Shown here in pieces: positions 35,913-48,819 of a stretch of DNA of 64,000 bases (the stretch's first letter is position 1; every line of letters begins with the position of its first letter). The DNA is from Macrostomum hystrix. Its lineage: Eukaryota; Animalia; Platyhelminthes. Where the stretch lies: the NCBI GenBank assembly GCA_950097015.1, contig CATNEN010000001.1:18972001-19036000 (forward strand), in the 5' to 3' direction. Made by a program: the position numbers and the translations under genes. The notes under the pieces were generated by a model. That model searched no databases. It was not told the origin of the DNA and saw only the letters and a program-made list of their open reading frames with translations.

Positions 35913-38718
35913 TTGGGGGCGAACGTAGTATTGAGCCGCGAGGCGCGAAGCGCCGAGCACCGAGGCCCCGGCAGGGGCCGAGGGGCGAAATCGGAGTGAG
36001 CCCCACCTAAGATCCAGCGTACGTAGTGAGATAGAAAACACCTTGAAAATCACGCATTTTCAAGGTATATTGGGCGCCATTTGAGACTGCCTCAACCGTT
36101 TGCCTCGCGGGTGGTGTCGTTGGGTAGGTAACTTATAGGGTTATCCGATTTATGGCGGTTGGTTGCCATGGCGACCCGTCAGGGTTGCCATGGCAACGGA
36201 AAACTGCCCATTTTTGGAAATCGATTTTACGCAAACTCATTTCCAGCGCACATTTTTTCTGGCACGGAGAAAAGTTGAGACACAAAAGTTGCGGGCAGGC
36301 CTGGCCCAGGCGAGGCAGGAAAGCGATTTTTCAATTTCCTCATAGTTTATGGTAAAAGTGCAAAAAGCATACTTTTTGGTACTGATTTTTTGGGTTACAT
36401 TTTCCAGCGCAGCTCCCCAAGGGCTGAATCGATTGTCACGCGGGTGGTGTCGTTTTTTTCTACTCGGTGAGTTCTTTCCAGCGAGGTGTGACTCAACGGA
36501 CTGCGAGTGTACCGCGCGCCTGATATGTGATGAAGCAAGTGTAAAATCTGGCGCAGCCAGATTTTACACTTGCGTGCTGCACGATACTGCAGCTGAATGG
36601 CAGGTAGTAGTTCAAAAATTCGGCACGGATGCCTGCTACACGACGCTATGCAAGGCGACTCTATGCGATGCACGGTTATCAAGCAGTACTTGGAAATGCA
36701 GTGCAAAACGTGCATTTTTGCCGTTTTCTCGAAAATGCATGCCGACCTTGGTGGAGTCAAAAACTTTTTTTTCGAAGACAAACAGTCGGACAGCTTAGCC
36801 GCAAGCAATGTAGTGTGCACAACATTAGGGAACATGACATACTGAGTCGGCGTTGATAAAAGTACATCGCAAGTGTACTAAAAGTACATAATAGTGCACA
36901 TGCACTTTAGTGAAAAAATGTTATTTTTCTCCTTTTGACGCGCGCATTTCGCGAAATCCGGCTCTGAATTTGTCGAATGATGCGTCAATCTACTGGAAAA
37001 ATTGTTTTGCGTCTAACAAGATATTGCGCGCACCTTTCGGCCCTACCTGGGCTGAGAAAGTCCACCCAGACTGGGGAAAGGTCGGGTTCGGGACCGGTGC
37101 AGACCTTGCTGTACTCAAACCTACGGCTGGAGGCGAAAAGGGCGTAATACTCCTTGAGCTTGGTATTGAAAGATGCACATCCCATGTGGGTATATGGGAA
37201 AAATACTGCCGTCGCTACACGTATTACCTGTTAGGATTAGTATCTGAAAATGTAATTATGCACAGCATGTACATTGTGCATATTTGTGTGTACTTTTGTG
37301 TATAAGTCTGCGAATTCCTGATGGATTTGAGCGCGGATGGCTTCAATCGACGCGGAATGTTGTCTACATTCCAACGACATGTCACACGGCTAGATTGGTT
37401 AATGTGTGTCGTGTCTGGATCCTATTGAGTACATGAAGGTAAGGGGTACAAATTTTGGACACTATCATTTTTGAAGCATCCGTTATTTGCTATTGAAAGA
37501 TTTTGCAAGTTCCGATGATGATAAACAGTATCTCAGTATCTGTGGTAGTTAAACTTTTTGTGGTTGCTTCCCGTTTGGCAAACGGTTTTCATTTTGATGA
37601 TTAAATCCTAAATGATTGCTACTTTTTTAGTTTTTTTCATTGATAAACCGACCGCCTTGCAGAAAATGCTTGCGTCGAGATTTTTGAATAGCTTTTATTA
37701 AAACAAGTGCATATTCAGTTTGTGCATTTTTTGTGCATCTAAATGCAGGAAAGAATATAGCAGTGAGTAGAAATACCTTTATGTTGTATTCGCTTTCAGC
37801 GCACGAGTTTTGTTGATTAAACGTTTTATTTCTACATTGTTGCTGGAACGCGGTCGCCTCGAATTCAAAATCCTATCCCGCAGTGCAATTATTTTTATTT
37901 TGTTACTTTTTCATATCTGCTAATTGTATCTTTGCTTATTACCCACATTTGATCCTGTACACATTTAATTAGGGTAATGCTTAACTGCATTAAACAAGGT
38001 CACTTTTACATTGGCAAAATATGTTCACTCAGATAAATGACAAGTGAAAAGTGGAAAAATCCACCCATTCCATTCATTAATTCCACCCATTCCATTCTTA
38101 TAATGGCAGCCTGCAACACCATGAAAGATGCATCAGGCAAGCCGACTATATCTATAAAGCTCTGATATAAATATATAAACATATTCTGATTTCTACATGT
38201 TTGTATCATATAAATAAAGTGTTCAACTTTTTGCCTTATGTTTTAAGTTTTCATAGTAATGTATGTTTCCAATTATTATTTTCTGCATCTTAATGTATGC
38301 TGATCAATGGCATCCATGTTACTTGTAAGTGTTGCATTTTACTTACTGCTTCTTTGACTGTTTAATGTGTTTGTCTGTGTGTTTTGTATTTTGCTGGAGC
38401 ATTGCATTTATGTTGCAACTTGCCTTTGCAACATCGTTTTTCTATATTTTATCTTTGGTTGTACCAATTGCCAAAGCTTATAATAAATGGATAACAATGT
38501 AAGCAAGTTTATTGCCTGCTCTTTGTTCTTTAAAGTTTATATATATATATCGGAGCGGGAGCTGGGAGAGCAAAGCAGGAAAGCGGCAATGCGGGGCGGG
38601 AACCAGACCCCCCAAAGTCGATACAAAACTATTGTAAATTTAGGCTGCACCATTACCTTGCCTCTACCCCTACGCTGTTCGCCCCCACGTAAAAGACTGC
38701 AGTCTTCTTACTTACTAG
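35913..38718 (+). mobile_element. Non-autonomous Helentron/HINE-like element, unit 2 (head-to-tail with unit 1)
   Basis: Same termini; first ~1.9 kb highly similar to unit 1; different distal interior. Confidence 0.72.
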
Positions 38719-39559
38719 TAACAGCTGGGTGAACTGAAGCAATGCAGGGTAAAGTGTCGTGTAGTGTCGTAAAGTGTCGTCGTGTAAAAGACAAGCATTT
38801 TCCAGTGGAATCAGGAATCGAACCTCGACCTTCAAGCCCTGAGTCGGACATTATAAACTACAAACTCACATGTCGGTAAGAAAGCAAGGTTTTCCACTTT
38901 AAAGGGCTTTAAAAAAGTAACTTGGCCCTGTACAAATATTGAAACAAATCGTATAGGCATTTACTTACCATTGTCATAAAAATAAACACTTGCTTGACAT
39001 ACGATGATCCCAAGCTCCACCATTGTTTCGCCACGTGCGGATGATGATGTTTGTGTTGTTCGTCAAGGCAATTACGGCAGACTTGCAGTAAGTGGCATGC
39101 ACTGCACGGAAACGGCGCTTCATGCGTTTTACATTTTACGCAGTTGCCTAATGGGCAATCGGGTATTGTGCGTTGCCACACACGGGTGGTGAAGCAGAAC
39201 TGAATGAAAGGTGTTCTTCGGCACTGGGGGCAGATTCTTGATCTTGTGGTCGTTGCGGCGGTCTTTCAAGGTTTTTCATAGGTTAAAAACTTATGATTCT
39301 GTGAATTTACGCATAACGTACACATTACCTAATTAAAGAACGTACAAAGAGCTAGTACCATCAACCGTTATCTTTCGTTTGCTAGCTCGCTGACCAGGTA
39401 TGTAGTGTCTTACTTTAAAGTGCAAGTCACTAACTTTTGCACGCAGCATATTACTAAAAAATTAATGCATGAGTAAAGAACGAAATATGTAGGAACTGCT
39501 AGATTGAAAACAAAACAAACAGAATTTATTTTAATAAAAAAGGAGAATAGAAAGATTAT

Positions 39560-40430
39560 GAGAAAGGAAATGGAAAGGGAGAAGGGGGATTGGAAAAGAG
39601 AAAGGGGAACGGAAGGGAGGCAGCGGAAGGAAAAGGGGGAGAGGATAGGGAACGGAAAATAGGGGAGGAAGGTGAACGGAAGGGAGGGGAGGAAGGAGAA
39701 CGGAAAGGAGGAAGGGGAACGCAAAGGAGGAAGGGGAACGAAAAGGAGGGGAGGTAGGGGAACGCAAAGGAGGAAGGGGAACGCAAAGGAGGAAGGGGAA
39801 CGGAAAGGAGGGGAGGAAGGGGAATGGAAAGGAGGGGAGGAAGGGGAACGGAAAGGAGGGGAGGAAGAGGAGTGGAAAGGAGGGGAGGAAGGGGAATAGA
39901 AAGGAGGGGAGGAAGGGGAGTGGAAAGGAAGAACGGGAATGGAAAGGAGGGGAGAAAGGGGAATGGAAAGGAGGGGAGGAAGGGGAATGGAAAGGAGGGG
40001 AGAAAGGGGAATGGAAAGGAGGGGAGGAAGGGGAATGGAAAGGAGGGGAGGAAGGGGAATGGAAAGGAGGGGAGGAAGGGGTGGAAAGGAGGGGAGGAAG
40101 GGGAATGGAAAGGAGGGGAGGAAGGGGTGGAAAGGAGGAACGGGAATGGAAAGGAGGGGAGGAAGGGGAATGGAAAGGAGGGGAGGAAGGGGTGGAAAAG
40201 AGGAGCGGGAATGGAAAGGAGGGGAGGAAGGGGAATGGAAAGTAGGGGAGGAAGGGAAATAGAAAGGAGGGGAGGAAGGGGAATAGAAAAGAGGGGAGGA
40301 AGGGGAATAGAAAGGAGGGGAGGAAGGGGAACGGAAAGGAGGAACGGGAATGGAAAGGAGGGGAGGAAGGGGAATAGAAAGGAGGGGAGGAACGGGAATG
40401 GAAAGGACGGGAGGAAGGGGAATGGAATAA
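39560..40430 (+). repeat. Polypurine ~24-bp minisatellite (ggaaaggaggggaggaaggggaat)
   Basis: Tandem purine-rich repeats. Confidence 0.92.
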
Positions 40431-41261
40431 AGGACATAAAGGCGGTTAGAAAGGAGAAAAGGATGAGCAAAGGAAAGAGAAGGTTAAGGGTAGTAAAAAT
40501 GAGCAAAAATCATCTATATATATAAAAGTGAAAACTCTGTCTGTCTGTGTGTGTGTGTGTGTGTGTGCAACCTTTTGTCTTTATAGACGCCGAAACCGCT
40601 CAACCAAATCGCACCAAACTTTGCACATACCTAAAACCACCTACGCTGAGTGCAATAGGCTACTCAAATTCCCGAAAAATCATTTCCTTCCTGCTCAAAA
40701 GTGCAAAAAACTGCTCAAAAATCGTCAAAAAATCACTCAATTCGACATATCGTCGCCCCACTTTGTCAGATTTTCTCCAAATTTGATCCACTTACACTTT
40801 ACATGTTTTCCAACAATACTGTCAATTTTGAACATCTCTACTCAATCCAGAGCAAAGCTGCATCATCTCAAAGTGAGTCACTTTTTGTTTTCCGAGGACA
40901 GCCACCCCAACTCCCCTCCGCCACTCTGCGGGCCAAATTTTATTACAGCCACCCCCTCCCTTCCCCGGGCGCCGAAGCCCCAGACTGTACATTGTATTTC
41001 AAGCCGTGAATGTACACAGCCCAAACCCCTAGACTGTCTACTGGCCCCCAAGCAGCACTGAGACTGAGTGCGGTGAGTGCGGTGGCGTCCCAGTGTCTGT
41101 CTTTTGTCTTTATAGACGCCGAAACCGCTCAACCAAATCGCACCAAACTTTGCACATACCTAAAACCACCTACGCTGAGTGCAATAGGCTACTCAAATTC
41201 CCGAAAAATCATTTCCTTCCTGCTCAAAAGTGCAAAAAACTGCTCAAAAATCGTCAAAAAA

Positions 41262-41924
41262 GCTCAAGGCAAAAGTTTACCCGAACCTGATGGTTCGATA
41301 TGCTGACGTTGACTGGCTGTCAGAGAGGGCAATTCTGTGTCCTAGAAATGATGCCGCAACGAAATTAACTACCAACTGCTTCAGGAGTTGCCAGGTGCAG
41401 TTTTCACCTACAAGTCAATTGATACAACGTTGACTGATGACACCGCTGTGGAGTATCCTGTTGAGTTTCTGAACTCTCTAGATCCTCCTGGAACTCCATC
41501 GCACAACTTGCAGCTGAAAGTTGGGGCACCAATTATGCTCCTCCGCAACCTGAATGCGCCAAGGCTGTGTAACGGCACCAGACTGATAGTCAGGCGGCTC
41601 TTCCCACACGTGATTGAGGCCACGATAATGACTGGATCTGGCAGAGGAGAGTCTGTGTTCGTTCCCCGGATTCCAATTATCCCCACGGACCTGCCATTTC
41701 AGTTCAAGCGACTGCAGTTCCCTGTGAGAGTGTGCTTTGCGATGACTATTAACAAGGCTCAGGGACAGTCGCTGAAGGTAGCTGGCATCAACCTGGAGAC
41801 TCCTTGCTTCTCGCATGGGCAGCTTTATGTCGCCTGCTCCCGTGTTGGAACTCCAGCTGGCCTATTCATTTTCGCACCAAGGGGAATAACGAAGAATGTG
41901 GTGTATCCCCAGGCCTTGAGGTGA
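41262..41924 (+). pseudogene. C-terminal Pif1-like helicase fragment of Helitron RepHel, frameshifted and lacking the Rep domain
   Basis: WLSERAILCPRN; EFLNSLDPPGTPSHNLQLKVGAPIMLLRNLNAPRLCNGTRL; KRLQFPVRVCFAMTINKAQGQSL; FSHGQLYVACSRV; TKNVVYPQAL. Confidence 0.92.
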
Positions 41925-42076
41925 CTCGCAAGCAATTAATAGAAAAGTAGTCACGAATTGACCTTGACCTGTCTAACTCTGAACTCTGAAACAGTTTAAT
42001 TTTGTTTCTTTGACATTGTTATTGTTATGCCATGGCTATTTTCCTTATGTATACGCGTGTACATGCATACTGTATA

Positions 42077-42368
42077 CAGAGGCAGATTTAGGGGGGGGCG
42101 GGGGGGCAGTCGCCCCCCTAAATTTTAATAATGGGAATAAGATGCCCCCACCAGGGGCGCCAGTCGCAGCACTGGCGCCCCTTTTCGGTCGCTGGCTCCC
42201 GTTTTTCAGCCGCTGGCGCCCTTTCTTGGCTCCTGGCGCCCTTTTTCAGCCGCTGGCGCCCTTTCTTGGCTCCTGGCGCCCTTTTTCGGCCGCTGGCACC
42301 CCCTCTGTGATTCTCATGGCGCTCCCCTGACAGACCGCCCCAAAACAAAATTCCTGGATCTGCCACTG
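42077..42368. mobile_element. hAT-type MITE nested in the Helitron
   Basis: Imperfect TIR cagaggcagat / atctgccactg; perfect 8-bp TSD ACTGTATA at 42069-42076 and 42369-42376; internal gctggcgccct repeats. Confidence 0.85.
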
Positions 42369-42605
42369 ACTGTATAGAGGAGTGGCTAAGAGACATGTTT
42401 CTAAAGAAGTAATCAAGAGGGGGCTGTTTGGACAAACTTTTCACTTATTTTTTACTTAAAACGCCCTTAAACAAACTCTTCACTTTTCATTAATGCAGTA
42501 AATAAATAAATGGTGACCTTCACTATAAAGTTAATACAGAGACGTGAATTGCTTACTGCTTTGCTTTAAATTTCTGCCCCAAAAACAACGGGCAAAAAAA
42601 GCTAG

Positions 42606-43011
42606 TAGTATATATAATAACAAAAATTGACACTAGACTCAAGGGCCAGTGCAGGTGTCGTGTGTCAAGCGCACTATCAGGTGGGGTCTATACACCTAAT
42701 GTAATCCCCGGCTCTCTCGGACACCGTTTAAGAGCTGCGTGTCAGCAATGAAACGGAATTTATTTTTTCGATACATATCGGCAGCATCCAAACCCACTGA
42801 ATTGCCGCGCAGAGCTGCTTTATTCTAAGCCAGCCGGAATTATTATTACCCGACGAAATGTCGGTACTAATTTGCAGCTGAGTAGACTGTGAGCACATCA
42901 GGGCAAAGCAGCTTGCCAAAGGCTGCACGAATAGTTCTAGATTAGGTCGGGAGTCGAACCCAGGACCATCTGATCCAGAGTCCGACACCTTACTGACTGA
43001 GCTATCCGCCC
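42606..43011 (-). mobile_element. tRNA-derived SINE (family B) with CORE-like central segment
   Basis: Head gggcggatagctcagtcagtaag..ctctgga..gggttcgactccc (A and B boxes); centre ctttggcaagctgctttgccct..cagtctactcagctgcaaattagtacc; AT-rich tail. Confidence 0.78.
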
Positions 43012-43155
43012 TGGGTTCGATAGATTACGCTAACAGTGTGGTGACTGATTAGTTGACAGACTAGGCGAGGGTGTCCTGTGGTTGAGCTGCGCCTTATATT
43101 TAGTGAAATTGGAGAAATTCGCGTCAGGGTGTCCACAGTGACCTAGTTCCTAGTG

Positions 43156-46100
43156 ACATTTACGCCTAATACAGCAGAAAAAGACAAGTTTATACAGGCT
43201 ATAATACTAGAATCAAAATCAAATCATATTTATGGTACTTTTATTTTACGCCATATTACTTGGTTGCTGGATTAAATTGGCTGTCTTTTTAACAGCAGCT
43301 GAATGGAAAAATTAAATTAAAGCTGCTTTACCCAGCTCACCAACCCTAAAAAAAGGCTTTTCATTCAACCCATTCTCCCCCACTTCCTTCTACCCCTCCA
43401 CATCCTTCTTCCCCTCCACTTCCATCTACCCCTCCACTTCCTTCTACCACTCCACCTCCATCCACCCCTCCACTTACTTCTTCCCCGGCACTTCCTTCTA
43501 GCCCTCCACTTCCTTCTTCCTCTCCACCTCCCGCTTCTTCCCCACTTCCATCTACCCCTCCACATCCTTCTTCCCCTCCACTTCCATCTACCCCTCCACT
43601 TCCTTCTACCACTCCACCTCCATCCACCCCTCCACTTACTTCTTCCCCGGCACTTCCTTCTAGCCCTCCACTTCCTTCTTCCCCTCCACATCCTTCTTCC
43701 ACTCCACTTACTTCTACCCCTCCACCTCCCGCTTCTCCCACACTTCCTTCTACCCTCCACTTCCTTCTAGCCCTCCACTTCCTTCTAGCCCTCCACTTCC
43801 TTCGTCCCCTCCACTTCCTTCTAGACCTCCACTTCCTTCTTCCCCTACACCTCCCGCTTCTGCCTCACTTCCTTCCACCCCTCCACTTCCTTCTTCCCCT
43901 CCACTTCCTTCTAGCCCTCCACTTCCTTCTTCCCCTCGACTTTCTTCTAGCCCTCCACTTCTTTCCCCCCCACCCCACCAAATGCTTCGTCCCCACTTCC
44001 TTCTACTTCTCCACTCCCTTCTTCCCCTCCACTTTCTTCTTCCTCTCCACTTGCTGAGTTGAATACGCAGTGCTTATAGTTGACTATCTGAACTGTTGAA
44101 GTGGGGGTACATTTACGGATTCATAGAAGGTAGAAGTGGAGGGGGCAGAAGGAAGTGGAGGGGTAGAAGGATGTGGGGGAGAAGCGGGAGGTGGAGGTGT
44201 AGAAGGAAGTGGAGGTGTAAAAGGAAGTGCCGTGGAAGAAGTAAGTGGAGGGGTGGATGCAGGTGGAGTCGTAGATGGAAGTGGAGGGGAAGAAGGAAGT
44301 GGAGGGCTAGAAGGAAGTGGAGGGGTAGAAGGAAGTGGAGGGCTAGATGGAAGTGGAGGAGTAGATTAAAGTGGAGGGGTAGAAGGAAGTGGAGGGGTAG
44401 AAGGAAGTGGAGGGAAAGAAGGAAGTGGCGGGGTAGAAGGAAGTGGAGGGGCAGAAGGAAGTGTAGGGGTAGAAGGTAGTGATAGGGGAAGAAGGAAGTG
44501 GAGGGGTAGAAGGAATTGGAGGGGTAGAAGGAAGTGGAGGGGTAGAAGGAAGTGGAGGTGTAGAAGGAAGTGGAGGGCTAGATGGAAGTGGAGAGGTAGA
44601 AGGAAGTGGAGAGGAAGAGGGAAGTGGAGGGAAAGAAGGAAGTGGCGGGGTAGAAGGAAGTGGAGGGGTAGATGAAAGTGGAGGGGAAGATGGAAGTGGA
44701 GGGGAAGAAGGATGTGGAGGGGTAGAAGGAAGTGTAGGGGTAGAAGGAGGTGGAGGGGTAGAAGGTAGTGGAGGGGCAGAAGGAAGTTTAGGGGTAGAAG
44801 GTAGCGGAAGGGAAGAAGGAAGTGGAGGGGTAGAAGGAATTGGAGGGGTAGAAGGAAGTGGAGGGGTAGAAGGAAGTGGAGGGCTAGATGGAAGTGGAGG
44901 AGTAGATTAAAGTGGAGGGGTAGAAGGAAGTGGAGGGAAAGAAGGAAGTGGCGGGGTAGAAGGAAGTGGAGGGGCAGAAGGAAGTGTAGGGGTAGAAGGT
45001 AGTGATAGGGGAAGAAGGAAGTGGAGGGGTAGAAGGAATTGGAGGGGTAGAAGGAAGTGGAGGGCTAGATGGAAGTGGAGGAGTAGATTAAAGTGGAGGG
45101 GTAGAAGGAAGTGGAGGGGTAGAAGGAAGTGGAGGGAAAGAAGGAAGTGGCGGGGTAGAAGGAAGTGGAGGGGCAGAAGGAAGTGTAGGGGTAGAAGGTA
45201 GTGATAGGGGAAGAAGGAAGTGGAGGGGTAGAAGGAATTGGAGGGGTAGAAGGAAGTGGAGGGGTAGAAGGAAGTGGAGGTGTAGAAGGAAGTGGAGGGC
45301 TAGATGGAAGTGGAGAGGTAGAAGGAAGTGGAGGGCTAGAAGGAAGTGGAGGGGAAGAAGGAAGTGGAGGGCTAGATGGAAGTGGAGAGGTAGAAGGAAG
45401 TGGAGAGGAAGAGGGAAGTGGAGGGAAAGAAGGAAGTGGCGGGGTAGAAGGAAGTGGAGGGGTAGATGAAAGTGGAGGGGAAGATGGAAGTGGAGGGGAA
45501 GAAGGATGTGGAGGGGTAGAAGGAAGTGTAGGGGTAGAAGGAGGTGGAGGGGTAGAAGGTAGTGGAGGGGCAGAAGGAAGTGTAGGGGTAGAAGGTAGCG
45601 GAAGGGAAGAAGGAAGTGGAGGGGTAGAAGGAAGTGGAGGGGTAGAAGGAAGTGGGGAAGAAGCGGGAGGTGGTGGGGAAGAAGGAAGTGGAGGGCTAGA
45701 AGGAAGTGCCGGGGAAGAAGTAAGTGGAGGGGTGGATGGAGGTGGAGTGGTAGAAGGAAGTGGAGGGGTAGATGGAAGTGGAGGGGAAGAAGGATGTGGA
45801 GGGGTAGATGGAAGTGGGGAAGAAGCGGGAGGTGGAGAGGAAGAAGGAAGTGGAGGGCTAGAAGGAAGTGCCGGGGAAGAAGTAAGTGGAGGGGTGGATG
45901 GAGGTGGAGTGGTAGAAGGAAGTGGAGGGGTAGATGGAAGTGGAGGGGAAGAAGGATGTGGAGGGGTAGAAGGAAGTGGGGGAGAATGGGTTGAATGAAA
46001 AGCCTTTTTTTAGGGTTGGTGAGCTGGGTAAAGCAGCTTTAATTTAGTTTTTCCATTCAGCTGCTGTTAAAAAGACAGCCAATTTAATCCAGCAACCAAG

Positions 46101-46203
46101 TAATATGGCGTAAAATAAAAGTACCATAAATATGATTTGATTTTGATTCTAGTATTATAGCCTGTATAAACTTGTCTTTTTCTGCTGTATTAGGCGTAAA
46201 TGT
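43156..46203. repeat. 3-kb inverted repeat: ~210-bp unique outer arms plus inverted 18-bp minisatellite (gaaggaagtggaggggta) arrays around a ~70-bp spacer
   Basis: 43156-43370 is the reverse complement of 45990-46203 (one mismatch seen); repeat-variant order also mirrored for several hundred bp. Confidence 0.92.
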
Positions 46204-46892
46204 GTGGCGTGTTGTTAGAGAGAACTTATTTGCTAGGAGTTTTGAGAGTTCGAATCCTTTTTGTTCCTAGTTTTTTTACTTTCAATTTCTTTTGATCCGA
46301 TATTTCATTGTGACACTCAATGTTCACAAATTATTTAGTTTTATAGCCATTTTGTTTTACATTAGATGTGTTGCAATTGTAATTCTGGCTTCCGACAAGC
46401 CATTAAGCCCTCACTGTTAATGTGGAAATAATCAGTTGTTTGAGACGGGGTGATCACTTATTGGTTCTTACTTAGCACGATAGAAAAAGCGTCATATTAT
46501 CTATTTACATGTAAAATGCACTTAATCAGTAAGTCCCATCTGAACTAATTCAGCTTAAGTTGTATTGTATTACAGTATTAATTAGTATGAACTGTGGTTT
46601 GCTTTCCTATATGTTTGGAAATAAATTATTTATATAGTTATCTTACTACATGCACGTGGGTTACATACTTCATATTTTATACTTTTTACTTGCAGTAGAC
46701 GAGCAGCATGATTCATGTAACATTTATCGGAATTCCCCCAAGTCCACCGCCAGTAAGGCTAGCCGCCCGTGGGTCCACATGGGTCCACCCGGCTAGCCGA
46801 GTATTTTTTGACTAGTGGAAGTGTCGGCTAGCCCGCGGCCGTTAGATGCTCCAGCCAGCCTGGGATAGAAGAAAGAGAGAGGCTGGCGTACA

Positions 46893-46940
46893 GTGCTTTG
46901 CTAAATTTCTGCCCCAGAAACAACGGGCAAAAAAAGCTAG
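46893..46940 (+). mobile_element. Second Helitron 3' terminus, same family as 42605
   Basis: tgctttgctaaatttctgccccagaaacaacgggcaaaaaaagCTAG|t. Confidence 0.8.
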
Positions 46941-47211
46941 TTATTTCATATAGCTAAGATATGACTAGATACAACTAGTTATTGGCCATTGCTAGATCAG
47001 GATCTGATCAGGATCTGGAACCGTCTTTGCAACCTTCCTAATCTTGTAGTAGGGTTGGGAGCGGAGCAGGAGCATGGATACTGGAAATAATCTTACTGCA
47101 GGGTGTGCATTGAGATTGAACACGAAGTTGAATCTGATTGAACACGAGGCTGAAAGAGGCTAAATTTACAAAAGAAAAGATGAGAATGAAAGTCAGCAGA
47201 AGAGGCAGTAG

Positions 47212-47980
47212 GAGGATAGAGAGGGTAGAGGAGGGTAGAGGATGGTGGAGGATGGTAGAGGATGGTGGAGGATGGTAGAGGATGGTAGAGGAAGGTGGAG
47301 GAAGGTGGAGGATGGTAGAGGATGGTGGAGGATGGTAAAGGATGGTGGAGGAGGGAAGAGGATGGTGGCGGAAGGTAGAGGATGGTGGAGGATGGTGGAG
47401 GATGGTGGAGGAGGGTGAGGATGGTAGAGGATGGTGGAGGATGGTGGAGGAGGGAAGAGGATGGTGGCGGAAGGTAGAGGATGGTGGAGGATGGTGGAGG
47501 AGGGTGAGGATGGTAGAGGATGGTGGAGGATGGTGGAGGAGGGTGAGGATGGTGGAGGAGGGTAGAGGATGGTGGAGGAGGGTGAGGATGGTGGAGGAGG
47601 GAAGAGGATGGTAGAGGAAGGTGGAGGATGGTAGAGGATGGTAGAGGAAGGTGGAGGAAGGTGGAGGATGGTAGAGGATGGTGGAGGATGGTAGAGGATG
47701 GTGGAGGATGGTAGAGGAAGGTGAAGGAAGGTGGAGGAAGGTGGAGGATGGTAGAGGATGGTAGAGGAAGGTGGAGGAAGGTGGAGGATGGTAGAGGATG
47801 GTGGAGGATGGTAGAGGATGGTGGAGGATGGTAGAGGATGGCGGAGGAGGGTGAGGATGGTAAGGGAGGGTAGAGGATGGTAAGGGAGGGTAGAGGAGGG
47901 TGGAGGAGGGTAGAGGATGGTGGAGGATGGTAGAGGATGGTGGAGAAGGGAAGAGGATAGTGGAGGAGGGTAGAGGAGGG
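47212..47980 (+). repeat. ~10-bp purine-rich minisatellite (gaggatggtr)n
   Basis: Tandem repeats. Confidence 0.92.
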
Positions 47981-48819
47981 TTATTGAACACAACCATCAT
48001 GTTTTATATTTTTATTAAAGCACGTATTTATATATACAGCAGCACGTTCAACGTTGGCCCCATATTATAGCATTGCATTGGCTTTGAAAGCTAAAGCTGC
48101 GCGCAGAGTACCGCTTTGAAGGCTCGGATTGTAACGCAGAATTGGCTTTACAAAGTGTAACACGGGGGTGTCCTTGGTAATTCTCAATAGTATATTCAGC
48201 CTTAATTACAAAGCAATATAAACTTTAGGCATTTTGATTGTAAATCAATGGCGATCAATTTTTTTTTATTTTGAAGTTTACAGCAGGCGAGAACTCATTT
48301 TATATTGTATCGCAGTCACACAGTTGGTTAGTTTAGTCCTCTGCTACTTAGTTATAATATTAGTACACATAATCAAACAATTTACTTTCCTTGAAAAATT
48401 CAAAACGTCACACGCAGATGCATTCAATTTAGTGTATGCCATACATGTAGCTTGTACATGCACACGTGGTCTACAAATAATTAAGCGGCAATAAGGCGGC
48501 ACCTCGTGGCATGCCGCTAGTGGGCCGCGAGTGGATCACGTGACACGCCGCCAGTCGGCCGGATAACGGTTTTTTTCCCAGTGGGTCTCTCATCTCTCCC
48601 CGTCTTATTACTCCAGTCCCATAATCAGATAACTTAAGGCCAGTCCAGCACATTATCACCAGACAATTTTAAGCAGTTGCTTGAGAAGCGAACCTAGAAT
48701 GAAATCGTGAAGCTTTTAATCCCCTGAGAGTGCAAATATGCGAATCAAATAAAAGTTCAAAGTTAAACTACAGTGGTAAAGACGAAAGGCACATCGCAAG
48801 TTCGCAGACATCGCAGAGT

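Larger units (their letters stand above)
40513..42605 (+). mobile_element. Non-autonomous Helitron
   Basis: a|TCtatatatataaaa 5' end followed by (tctg)/(tg) microsatellite; 3' hairpin gccc..aaaaacaac..gggc then CTAG|t; Pif1 helicase fragment; internal direct repeat about 40575-40735 / 41100-41260. Confidence 0.88.

Noticed and set aside
42940-43011. Possible tRNA-Gln(CTG) gene
   Set aside because: Imperfect stems and continuation into a SINE body and tail; treated as a SINE head, as are 23476-23550 and 15095-15168.
43361-45998. Gly/Glu/Ser-rich and protamine-like Arg/Trp ORFs
   Set aside because: 18-bp minisatellite translations within the palindrome.
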